A DNA stretch of 64,000 nt from NCBI RefSeq assembly GCF_009914755.1, contig NC_060929.1; one strand, given 5' to 3'. Below are positions 1 through 17,375 of this stretch, piece by piece. The translations under genes were made by a program, and so were the position numbers. The notes below the pieces were generated by a model. It had not been told where the DNA came from. It did no database searches and worked only from the letters and a program-made list of their open reading frames with translations. Source of the stretch: the human T2T-CHM13v2.0 reference genome, Homo sapiens. Numbering within the stretch: the stretch's first letter is position 1; every line of letters begins with the position of its first letter.

Positions 1-154
1 TATGTATACATGTGCCATGCTGGTGCACTGCACCCACTAACTCGTCATCTAGCATTAGGTATATCTCCTAATGCTATCCCTCCCCCCTCCCCGCACCCCA
101 CAACAGTCCCCAGAGTGTGATATTCCTCTTCCTGTGTGCATGTGATCTCATTGA

Positions 155-3983
<3,829 letters not shown>

Positions 3984-4046
3984 TATGATGTTAGCTGGTT
4001 ATTTTGTACGTTAGTTGATGCAGTTTCTTCCTATTCTTGATGGTCT

Positions 4047-5063
4047 TTACATTTTGGCATGATTTTGCAGCGGCTGGTACCAGTGGTTCCTTTCCATGTT
4101 TAGCACTTCCTTCAGGAGCTCTTTTAGGGCAGGCCTGGTGGTGACAAAATCTCTCAGCGTTTGCTTGTCTGTAAAGTATTTTATTTCTCCTTCACTTATG
4201 AAGCTTAGTTTGGCTGGATATGAAATTCTGGGTTGAAAATTCTTGTCTTTAAGAATGTTGAATATTGGCCCCCACTCTCTTCTGGCTTGTAGGGTTTCTG
4301 CCAAGAGATCCGCTATTAGTCTGATGGGCTTCCCTTTGAGGGTAACCCGACCTTTCTCTCTGGCTGCCCTTAACATTTTTTCCTTCATTTCAACTTTGGT
4401 GAATCTGACAATTATGTGTCTTGGAGTTGCTCTTCTCAAGGAGTATCTTTGTGGCGTTCTCTGTATTTCCTGAATCTGAACGTTGGCCTGCCTTGCTAGA
4501 TTGGGGAAGTTCTCCTGGATAATATCCTGCAGAGTGTTTTCCAACTTGGTTCCATTCTCCCCATCACTTTCAGGTACACCAATCAGACGCAGATTTGGTC
4601 TTTTCACATAGTCCCATATTTCTTGGAGGCTTTGCTCATTTGTTTCTATTCTTTTTTCTCTAAACTTCCCTTCTCGCTTCATTTCATTCATTTCATCTTC
4701 CATCCCTGATACTCTTTCTTCCAGTTGATCGCATCGGCTCCTGAGCCTTCTGCATTCTTCACGTAGTTCTTGAGCCTTGGTTTTCAGCTCCATCAGCTCC
4801 TTTAAGCACTTCTCTGTATTGGTTATTCTAGTTATACATTCTTCTAAATTTTTTTCAAAGTTTTCAACTTCTTTGCCTTTGGTTTGAATGTCCTTCCGTA
4901 GCTCAGAGTAATTTGATCATCTGAAGCCTTCTTCTCTCAGCTCGTCAAAGTCATTCTCCATCCAGCTTTGTTCCGTTGCTGGTGAGGAACTGTGTTCCTT
5001 TGGAGGAGGAGAGGCACTTTGCTTTTTAGAGTTTCCAGTTTTTCTGTTCTGTTTTTTCCCCAT
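4047..5063 (-). pseudogene. Disrupted L1 ORF1 (RNA-binding protein)
   Basis: ATG at 5063 with a 339-codon span ending ...LQNHAKM; CGA>TGA stop at codon 49 (4917-4919). Confidence 0.95.
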
Positions 5064-5956
5064 CTTTGTGGTTTTATCTACTTTTGGTCTTTGATGATGG
5101 TGATGTACAGATGGGTTTTTGGTGTGGATGTACTTTCTGTTTGTTAGTTTTCCTTCTAACAGACAGGACCCTCAGCTGCAGGTCTGTTGGAATTCCCTGC
5201 TGTGTGAGGTGTCAGTGTGCCCCTGCTGGGGGGTGCCTCCCAGTTAGGCTGCTCAGGGGTCAGGGCTCAGGGACCCACTTGAGGAGGCAGTCTGTGGAGT
5301 TCTCAGATCTCCAGCTGCATGCTGGGAGAACCACTGCTCTCTTCAAAGCTGTCAGACAGGGACATTTAAGTCTGCAGAGGTTACTGCTGTCTTTTTGTTT
5401 GTCTGTGCCCTTCCCCCAGAGGTGGAGCCTACAGAGGCAGGCAGGCCTCCTTGAGCTGTGGTGGGCTCCGCCCAGTTGGAGCTTCCTGGCTGCTTTGTTT
5501 ACCTAATCAAGCCTGGGCTATGGTGGGCGCCCCTCTCCCAGCCTGGCTGCCACCTTGCAGTTTGATCTCAGACTGCTGTGCTAGCAATCAGTGAGACTCC
5601 GTGGGCGTAGGACCCTCCAAGCCAGGTGCGGGATATAATCTCGTGGTGCGCCCTTTTTTAAGCCCGTTGGAAAAGCACAGTATTCGGGTGGGAGTGACCC
5701 GATTTTCCAGGTGCCGTCCGTCACCCCTTTCTTTGACTCGGAAAGGGAACTCCCTGACCCCTTGCGCTTCCCAAGTGAGGCAATGCTTTGGCTCACGCAC
5801 GGTGCATGCACCCACTGACCTGTGCCCACTGTCTGGCACTCCCTGGTGAGATGAACCCGGTACCTCAGATGGAAATGCAGAATCACCGTCTTCTGTGTCG
5901 CTCACACTGGGAGCTGTAGACCGGAGCTGTTCCTATTCAGCCATCTTGGCTCCTCC
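5064..5956. promoter_or_regulatory. L1 5'UTR internal sense promoter (minus) and antisense promoter (plus, pointing into the window)
   Basis: Typical CpG-richer L1PA 5'UTR. YY1 site reads AAGATGGCT (CpG-decayed). ORF0 ATG at 5520 is truncated by TGA at 5592-5594. Antisense splice-donor-like sites at 5625|5626 and 5710|5711. Confidence 0.8.
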
Positions 5957-7374
5957 TAAACCAAGTAGTTTTAACAGACATATGGAACACTCTGCCCAGC
6001 AACAGAATACTAATTCTTCTCAAGGGTACATGGAACATTTTCCAGGATAGACTATGTTTGGGCCTATACATTGTCTCAGTAGGTGTGAAAGGATAGCTGT
6101 GAAACAAAGATTCATCTCTTACCACAACAGATGAAGTTAGAAATCAGTAACAGAAGGAAAACAAGAAAATTCATAAATTTGTGGAAATGACAAAACACAC
6201 TCAAATAACGAATTAATAAAGAAATCACAAGGAAAACTGAAAAATATTTAAGATAAATGAAAATATAAACATAACATACCAATATTTATGGGGCACAGTG
6301 AAGGCCACACTAAGAAGAAAATTTATAGCTGTAACACATTAAAAATTAATCAAAAATGTTTTAAATCAGCAGATTAACTTTATAACTTAAGGTACTAGAA
6401 AAAGAAAAACACAAAGGTAACAGAAGGAAGGAAATAATAGAAGAGCAAAGATAAATGGGATAGAGAATAAAATAATAATAGAGAAATGCAACGAAACTAA
6501 AGTTGGCTCTTTGAAAAGATCAAGTTTGACAAACCTTTAGCTAAATAAAAAAAGAGAAAAAGCAGGGCAGAAAAGACTCAAATTACAAAACTAAAAAATG
6601 AAAGACATTACTACGGATTTTATAGAAATAAAAGGATTATAAGACAGTACTACGAGCAGTTGCATGCCAACAATTGGATAACTACATGAAATCCTTATAA
6701 ACTCGAAAGCTACCAAGACTAAACCATGAAGAAATAGAAAATTTAAATAGAACTATATAATGAGTAAGAAAATAAAATAAATAATAAAAATCTCCCAACA
6801 AAGTAAATCCCTGGACCTGAAGCCCTCACTAGTGAATTCCACTTAATCTTTAAAGGATAATTAATGGAAATTTTTTTCAAAGTTTTCCAAATATATTGAA
6901 GAGGTGAGAGCACTTCCTGACTGACTTCATGAGACAAGCATTACCCTGATGCCAAAACCAGGAAAACACAATTGAAGAAAAGAAAATTACAGACCAAAAT
7001 CACTAATAAACATAGATGCAAACGTTTTCGACAGTATACTAGAAAACTGAATTCAACAGCACATTAAAAATTTACTCACTTGGAAAGCAAGGTTCAATGT
7101 ATACAAATCAATCAATGAAATATACTACATTAAGGAAATGAAAGAAAATATTACACGATTATCTCAATTGATGCAGAAAAAGCATTTGACATAATTCAGC
7201 CTTACTTCATGACTGAAAAAAGACAAAGTAGAAATAGAAGGCAATTACCTCAACATAATAAAACCCATATATAAAAACTCCACGGCAAACATTATATTAA
7301 TAGTATTAATAAAAAATTGGAAGCTTTCCTTTAAGATCAAGAACATTTTTTTCTCCTTAGAAAACCAAAAAAGT

Positions 7375-8120
<746 letters not shown>

Positions 8121-8621
8121 ATACTTCTCACTTCTATTTAACATAGTACTGGAAGTCCTAGTCAGAGAACTTAAGCAAGAAAAATAAATTTAAAAATTCA
8201 ATCAGAAAAAAAGAAATAAAATTATCTCTGTTTTATGATTTCATATGTAGAAAACTAAAGATTCTATATAAATATATACACAAAATACTCAGAATTTAAA
8301 TGAATTTAGCAAAGAAGATATAAAGTTCAGACACACAAATCAGTTGCATTTTTATATACTAATAATAAACATCTAAAAATAAAATTAAGAAAATATTTTC
8401 ATTTGCAATACCATTACAAATAATAAAATACTTAAGAATTAACCAAACCAAGGAAGTAAAAGACTTGTACAATGAAAATTATAAAACATTAACCAATAAA
8501 ATTAAGGAAGACATCAATAAATGAAAAAATATCTCACATTCTTGATTAGGGGTTAGTATTGTTAAAATTTCAACAGTACACAAAGTGATCTACAGATTTA
8601 ATGCAATCTCTATCAAAATGT

Positions 8622-9180
8622 AAGTTCAGTTTAACATCCAAAAGTTAATTTATGCGATATGCCATGTCAGTAGAATAAAGAAAAACTATATGCTCATCTC
8701 AATAAATCCAGAAAAAAATTTGACAGAAATACAATACCAAAAACAAACAAACAAAAAAACTAGGAGTAGAAGCCTCACCCTAGTAAAGGGGATTTGCAAA
8801 AAAATTAACAGCTACCATCATACCTAATGGTGAAAGACAATTCTTTTCTCCTAACATCATGAAAAATATAAGGATATTCATTCTTGCCACTTCTAACGTT
8901 GTACTGGGGGTGCTGGCCAGGGCATGTAGGCAAAAATAAGAAAGAGGAAGTACCCAGATAGGAAAAGAAAAAATAAAACTCTCTATATTTTCAGATTACA
9001 TAATTTATATGTGTGTATACACATATAAATATACACTTGTTATGAGCATTATAAAAACTGAAATTAAGAAAACAATTCCATTTATAATAGCATTAATAAC
9101 CCAGAATACTTAGTTATATGTTCAAAAAAGTAAGGACAAAACTTGTATACTGAAAACTAAAAAACATAGGAAGTAATTAA
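8622..9180 (+). mobile_element. Second, more diverged L1M ORF2 fragment
   Basis: Repeats the same RT region as 7090-7340 (catctcaataaatccagaaaaaaatttgac) but is highly diverged, so a separate element. Confidence 0.7.
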
Positions 9181-9439
9181 TTATTTGTATTTACCTTATT
9201 ATTTTCCTGATCATTCTTACCACCACAGAGATTGAAGACTTTATTGGGCAGTTTGCTTCTTCAGCGATGTACTTATTTGTATGCATTGTTCAGTATTCTT
9301 CTGGGATGTCTGTTATTTTCCTATTCAGGCATTGGAACTCCTTTTAAAGATACAAACCCTTTTCTTATAAATATTGCAAATATTTTCTCCTGACAAATCA
9401 TTTGTCCCTTCATTTCGTTTAATTTTATTCAGTTTTCTA

Positions 9440-10168
9440 CTTTTTCTCCCATATTTGCTCTGCTTCAGGCACTCAGTCCCTTAGATGTTCTCTAAACATT
9501 AAGAATTTGCGGCCAGGCGCGGTCGCTCACGCCTGTAATCCCAGCACTTTGGGAAGCTGAGACGGGCAGATCACGAGGTCAGGAGATCGAGACCATCCTG
9601 GCTAACACGGTGAAACCCCGTCTCTATAAGTCTTTATTCTAATACAAAAAATTAGCCAGGCGTTGTGGCGGGCGCCTGTAGTCCCAGCTACTCAGGAAGC
9701 TGAGGCAGGAGAATGGCGTGAACCGAGATTGCGCCACTGCACTCCAGCCTCGGAGACAGAGCGAGACTCCGTCTCAAAAAAAAAAAAAAAAAAAAAATTA
9801 AGAATTTGGAATTTTCAATGACTGTTCTCTTTGCCTAGAATGCTTTTCTCTGGATTCTCACCCCTTAACCTCTCCAAGTCTTTGTCACATATCACCTTCT
9901 TAATGAGGCCTACACTAACCACTGTATTTAATTTCAGCACACTCCCGTTGCCACAAAAGCCAGGCCAGATCATCTTTACTCTGACTTTTTTTATAGCACT
10001 TAGAACCTTCTAAAAGAATATATCATTTATTTTTATGTTTTTATTCCCTGTTTTTCCAGTAAATTTAAAATTAATAAGAGCAAGTATTTTTGTATGTTTT
10101 GTTCCTCATATATACCAAGATTTTTGAACAGTTAGTACATGTTAGGGGCTTATAAATATCTGCTGAAT
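9440..10168 (+). mobile_element. L2 3' region split by AluY
   Basis: ttgcctagaatgctttt, atcaccttcttaatgaggcct, ending aaatatctgctgaat. Confidence 0.65.
9511..9796 (+). mobile_element. AluY with altered linker and right-arm deletion
   Basis: AluY diagnostics gagatcgagaccatcctggctaacacgg and gaatggcgtgaacc; TSD attaagaatttg at 9498-9509 and 9797-9808. Confidence 0.95.
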
Positions 10169-11226
10169 TGTATAATTTATGATCACTTCTTCCAAATAAG
10201 TTTTTAATGTTTTATGTTATCAAATCTAGAAGAGATACCTCTAAGAATAAATATATCTTTATCTTGCTGTGTCGAGATATACTACACTAAGATTAGGAAC
10301 ATATTCTCATTTATTTTTTATTATGCTTTTATAATAATTATCATTGTTGATTTACACTTACATTTTGACTTGAACTAGAGTATAATTTGGGTGAGGTAGA
10401 AACTTTGAAAGCTCTTTCATTATAAAACCTAGTTGTCTTAACAGTAGTTAGAGAACAGTCGATTCTGTACCCATTAATAATTAGCATGACCTTTAGAATA
10501 TGCTAAATCTCATTTGTATTGCTTTCTGAATTTTATTCTTTTTCACTCTGCAATAACTTTACTTAAAATAGTTTTACACCTAAAATTATAATAAATTTAT
10601 AGATGTATTTGGGTGAAACTGCCCCATATTTTCTAGTTGAGTATTTGCTAATTTCTAGAAAAATTAATCCCCTATATTCAATCTGTTCATTCCTTCACAA
10701 ACTACTATGACCAGATATTGAATCTCCTCTATATATATTCTATACCACATTAACTTTCTTTCATAACTTGTACTTTTATTTTTTTAATGTCTTTGAGATT
10801 CCTACTTAATTATTCAAGTTTATCTTTTGTTGTGTCCAACCACACAAAAGTTTCACTGATATTTTTAAAGATTTCATACATACAGAGAAGTACATAAATG
10901 TACACGCAGAATTTAAAGAGCATTTTAAAATGAACTGTGATAATTTCATCTAGAAGGGAAAATGGAACATTTTTCCATGTATTTTTGAAAATTTATTCTG
11001 AAATAATTTTACTAACTGTATATTCGGATATGTGCTATTATACTCATCTATTTGGTGTTTTTTTAATCTAACTTTCTGAGTTCTCATTTCATTTCATACT
11101 TTTGCAAATATGCTAGAAAATTTTTAGTTTCTTGTTCCATACATGCATTTTTTCCAATCTTCTATTGCTTTAAACACAAATAATTATAATTATTTTATAA
11201 TAGGTATTTTAATAATTCTGATATCT

Positions 11227-11526
<300 letters not shown>

Positions 11527-11529
11527 AGA

Positions 11530-11867
11530 TGAAGACATTATCTTGAATTATACAGGTATGCCCAAAGTAATGTCAAGGCTCCTTATCACAGGAGGGCAGT
11601 AGCATCACAGTCAGAGAAGAAAGTATCATTGTGGGGGGAGAGATTACAGGAAATGAGAAAGAGGTCATGACCCAATAAATTCATCCTGCCTCCAATATGG
11701 AAAAGGCAAGAAAACAGATTTCCACCAGAACCTCCTGAAGAAATGCAGCCCTGGTGACCCCTTTATTTTTGGAATTCTTAACCTCTGTAATTATAAGATG
11801 ATAAATGTGGGTTGTTTTAAGATACTACATTTGGAGTAATTAGTTACAATAACAATAGGATACATAC
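11530..11867 (+). mobile_element. 5'-truncated MLT1 (MaLR) LTR, MLT1D-like
   Basis: aaaaggcaagaaaacagatt, gaaatgcagccctg, ataaatgtgggttgttttaag, gtaattagttacaataacaatagga; colinear with the MLT1 at 26553-27072. Confidence 0.75.
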
Positions 11868-11953
11868 GGTTATTTAAGTAATTTCTTAATTATGGTAACT
11901 TTTCCCTATGTGCTTTGTTATTTTTCGTTGTGAGCCGTATGTTTTTTTTCCAG

Positions 11954-11990
11954 AAATTATTTGTGAGACTTCTTCATAACGAGGTTGAAG
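11954..11990 (+). other. Candidate 37-nt exon in unique sequence
   Basis: Acceptor gttttttttccag and consensus donor AAG|GTGAGT; no transcript evidence available. Confidence 0.35.
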
Positions 11991-12252
11991 GTGAGTTTCT
12001 CTGGAAAGCATTCGCTTATATCAAGGCTTATGTGTTCCGCCAATACCAGTCTACTGTAAAGTATTTTCATGTTGTGTCTGTATTTTTGGACCAACAAATA
12101 AATTGCCCTGCTTATGTTTTCATATCTTTTCTTTTTCATCCTGTAAGTGTTTCTTCTATTTATAAACAACCAAAGATGTGAGGATAAAAATAAGACTTTT
12201 TTTTAATGTCCTCACGTTGGTTGTTGGTTGTTTAAATTGTAGAGCATCAGTA

Positions 12253-13002
<750 letters not shown>

Positions 13003-14030
13003 AGTACAGCACTGTAGATAGATGGAATTACTCTCTACAGCAGACTACCTTCTACAGTGAGATAACCGAAAACTGTTAGTAAGAAGGCTTTCATTTGTGT
13101 TACCTGAGAGAAGAGGAGGAAGGTGTTTAGGAATTCGTGCATTTATCTTTTATTATTCTTATTTTTATCTTGCTCTTGCCTTGTGGTTGCTAGGTTTTTC
13201 TGTCCTTTAGTTGTTGTTATTGCTATTCCATCTGCTTTTTATCTTCCTTACACCATTAAAAAAAAAAAACAACGGTTTGAAGAAACCAGTTTGAAGTCAT
13301 AATCAAAAGAGACATGGTAGCTACATATTGTATAGATTTTATAAGTACCTGAGAATATTACATTATCATTAACCTTAACCAAATGTCACAGAAAGACAGT
13401 ATTTTGCTTGCAGGAAAATAAAGCTAAGGGTGTGGTATGATGAATTTCATATTCATACTTTGTATAAAGGCAGATGCTTGCATGATTTGGAGTTTTTCCA
13501 GGCTTAAAGACTATAAACTTTATCAAGAATCTCAACCAAAGACAGTTGTTTCCTCCATACCATCTGTGCAGCAGCAAGATGTTACATAAAAATCCAAGCC
13601 AGAGATGGTAATTATGATAAGGATATATTGGTACACTGATGAACATTAGTTATCATTATAAAATTTAATTACTTACCATTATTAGTAACAGATGTATTGT
13701 CCTGTAAAATAAGTACTATTACAGATATTTTAAAGAAAGAATGAGAAACGTCATTTGTTGAAAACTATTTGACTTCTCTACCATAGAACAATTGATTGAA
13801 ATTTACTTTAAAAAATTTTTACTTTTTATTCGTCTACATATATAATAATTACTTGTTTAATTCTGCATAATTGGGTATCTGAAATTATGTACCTGGATCC
13901 CAGAGTAGTCTATGTTAAAGTAGCTTGGTTTCATATCAAAGCATGAGACTCTCTTTATGTGACATGCACCGTGTTATAACCCAGGCCACCTTAAATAAGT
14001 TGATAAAGATCCTTCAAGATTTGTTTTAAC

Positions 14031-14755
14031 TCATTCATTCATTCAATCAGCAAATACTGAGTATAAGGCACTTACCTAAATGCTCAATATACATCAATGA
14101 ACAGAGAAGATGAAGTTCTTTTACCTCCTGGAACTTATAGTCTAGCAAATAATTTATTATAAATACATAATGTATAAAAGTGATGTGTTATGACAGAAAC
14201 CTTAGAGTATGATAAGAAAGATCAGGAGTGCTTTGATTTGGCAGTTTTAAATAGGATGATTATGGTGGGCCTTCTGAGAAGGTTTTATCTGAGTAGAAAC
14301 TTAAAGGAGTCATGGAGTTAGCCATGTGGATATCTGGAGGAAGAGCACTGTATGCAGAGGAAACAGATAGTAACCAGGCCCTGAAGCAGAAGCATGCCTG
14401 GCATAATTGGAGAATAGTGAAGAACCCAGGTTTTTCTGAGTAGATTGAAAAAAAAGGAAAGGAGAGAGTAGTAGGAGTTGATATCAGAGAGAGATTGGAA
14501 GGACAGATCATGAAGGACTTTATGGGCCATTATGTGAACGTGGGCTGTTTCATGAAAAAAATTGGGGAAAATTTTGAGTTGAACAATGAATTTAATCTGG
14601 CTTTTATTGTAAAAGGTTCCCTCTGGCTGCTGAGTGGAGGAGAAACCAAAGTTAGGAAAGGATAGAAAAAGTACAATGATGAGCAGGCTACTCTGTTACA
14701 TGGACAGGCAATGATGGTGGCTTGGTTTAGAGCCAGTGGTAGATAAATGCAGGAC
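14031..14755 (-). mobile_element. L2a fragment
   Basis: Antisense L2 3' end tcattcattcattcaa, then ttagccatgtggatatctggaggaagagca and ccctctggctgctg. Confidence 0.75.
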
Positions 14756-16214
14756 ATATATCAAATCATCAAGTATATAAATTATTACAATTCTAGATTA
14801 TATATTGGCCTCCTGACTGCCCAAGTGAATACTTTTACTTGAATATAATAATCAATCACTTTAACTTCAAAACCAAAAATAGTTAATGAAATTTTCATGT
14901 ACTTCTAGTTATGAATTCTAAAATAAATGGATGATATTTTCTTTTATTTCCATAGTAGTCGTGGTTAAGAACTAAAGGTGTAGGATAAAGCGAGAAAGCA
15001 AAGCAGGGTTAATGAGCTTCAGAAATGATAGCTCTGTTTGCTGGACCTAATTCAAAGTGGAAATGTAGAGGAGAGTGTTTGAGCATGGTGACCTCATGAT
15101 TTAAAATGTAGAAAGCAGAAGTATTGATCTTTTCTCCTTCTATCAATCAAAAATGCCAGAGAGAGTCGCACAATTTATTATTCTTCCTGTTCAGTAAGCA
15201 ACACTGAAGAAAAGCAAGAAAGTAGGGCTTTGCTAAAGCAAAGCAAAGGAAGGATACTTGGCCACAATAAAGATTCAGTGATACCTTGCTTTACTGTGAA
15301 TTCGTCGTGGACTTAGGTGTTTGCGAGACAGGGAGTCAAATAGAGACTCTACCTTTTCTTTAGCCCCGTGTGTCACCTTTAAAAAGTTAAGTAATCTCAC
15401 CAAATTTTATATTCCTTATTTTTGAAATATATTTTTAATATCATCTAAAATTCATAACAATTTGTGATCATAATTATAATTTCATCCTCCTTATTACTAT
15501 TATTGACTATTTTGTACATCAATTGAAATAATATTGTATAAAATTAGATCTCACTGTCCTCTGTGCCCACTTTCCAAAAAAAGGAAAAGGTAACTAAGAC
15601 AACCCACAGTGTACATCGTGTATATTTTCTGGAACAAGAAAGAAAATGCCTAAAGAGGAAACTGAACAGTTGGTATCTTGTTAGAAGGGGATTTTTTTTT
15701 TCCAGTTTCAACAATAACCTGATGAGGTTGCTAATATTTTCCACCTCAGCTTGTGTTTATTAAGATGATTTTAAAAGGCAATGAAGTGGAGAATGCATTG
15801 GAAATCAGGCTAAGTGGCTACATATTTTATTTAATTATCTGATGAAAAGGGCAAAACAGTGAGAAGAGCTCTTCTTTTGGTACATGCCAAAATAGACGTA
15901 CTCAGAATGGAATTCTGAACAAGCCTCCTCTGCACTTAACTAAGCCCTTCTCTCTGTCCCCACGTGGCTTACTTGACTGAAAACAATTCACTAATAGGTA
16001 CAGAGAGCACCTATATGATATGCTCGACATTGAACCAGGTATTGTAAAGGAAGCACCAAGATGACACCTTTGTAATACTGATGATGTAAGAATGGCAAAT
16101 ATGAATAACAGCAACAAGCCTGAAAGATAAGAATTGTGTAATAATGTTCATAGTAACAGCTGTATGTTCTGTGTAAGGCACAGAACTAAGACAGCCTCAG
16201 AATACTAGGGAAGG

Positions 16215-16497
16215 GGCCTGGTGTGGTGGCTCACCCCTGTAGTCCCAGTAATTTGGGAGTCTGAGGTGGGAGATGAGCCCAGGAGTTTGAGACCAGCCTG
16301 GGCTACATGGGGAAATCATGTCTCTATAAAAAAAACAAACATTAGCTTGGCGTGGTGGCACACATCTGTAGTCCCAGCTACTTGGGAGGCTGAGGTGGGA
16401 GGATGGCTTGAGCTAAAGAGATAGAGGTTGCAGTGAGCTGAGATTGTGCTACTTCACTCCAGCCTTGGTGACATAGTGAGTCTCAAAAATAAAAAAA
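16215..16497 (+). mobile_element. AluJ
   Basis: J-type gagcccaggagtttgag and gggaggatggcttgagc; TSD gaata(c/a)tagggaag at 16200-16213 and 17070-17083. Confidence 0.9.
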
Positions 16498-17065
16498 AGA
16501 ATGATTTATAATCCTTTGGGTATATACCCAGTAATGGGATTGCTGGGTCAAAAGGTAGTTCTGGTTTTAGATCCTTGAGGGATCATCACAGCAGCACTGT
16601 TCACAATAGCAAAGACTTGGAACCAACCCAAATGCCCATCAATGGTGGACTGGATAAAGAAACTGTGGCACATATACACCATGGAATACTATGCAGCCAT
16701 AAAAAGGATGAGTTCATGTCCTTTGCAGGGACATGGATGAAGCTGGAAACCATCACCATCATTCTCAGCAAACTAATACAGGAACAGAAAACCAAACACC
16801 TCATGTTCTCACTCATAAGTGGGAGTTGAAGAACGAGAACACATGAACACAGGGAGGGGAGCATCACACACTGGGGCCTGTCAGGGGGTGGGGTGGGGAG
16901 GGAGAGCATTAGGAGAAATACCTGATGTAGATGACGGGTTGATGGGTGCAGCAAACCACCATGGCACGTGTATACCTATGTAACAAACCTGCATGTTCTG
17001 CACATGTATCCCAGAACTTAAAGTATAATTTAAAAAAAAGGAAGAAAGAAAAAGAAAAGAAAAAG
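16498..17065 (+). mobile_element. 5'-truncated, 5'-inverted L1PA7-like element in the AluJ A-tail
   Basis: 16498-16590 is antisense L1; 16591-17040 is sense ORF2 end (...FSLISGS) plus 3'UTR and A-rich tail. Confidence 0.88.
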
Positions 17066-17159
17066 ATAGGAATAATAGGGAAGTCTTTATAGTTGAATGT
17101 GAGATTCAAGTCATATCTGGAAGAATAGGTAAGCTCTGGATATTTAGAAGAGAAAGGGA

Positions 17160-17375
17160 TGCTAGACTTGGAGTCAGACAAATCTGTGTTTCACTCTCTG
17201 CTCCATTACAAGATGCATCACCCTTAGAAAATTAGTAAGTGCTAGGTTATTTCATTGTATGTTGGAATTAGACTAGAATCTGTCATGTGTGATCACTGTG
17301 AGATTTCAAGAAGATGATGCATATGAAGTACTTCACACAGAGCCTGTCATATAGCAAGTTCTCAGAAAATGATGG
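17160..17375 (+). mobile_element. MIR
   Basis: gacttggagtcagaca ... tgtgagatt ... cacagagcctg ... atagcaagttctcag. Confidence 0.65.
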
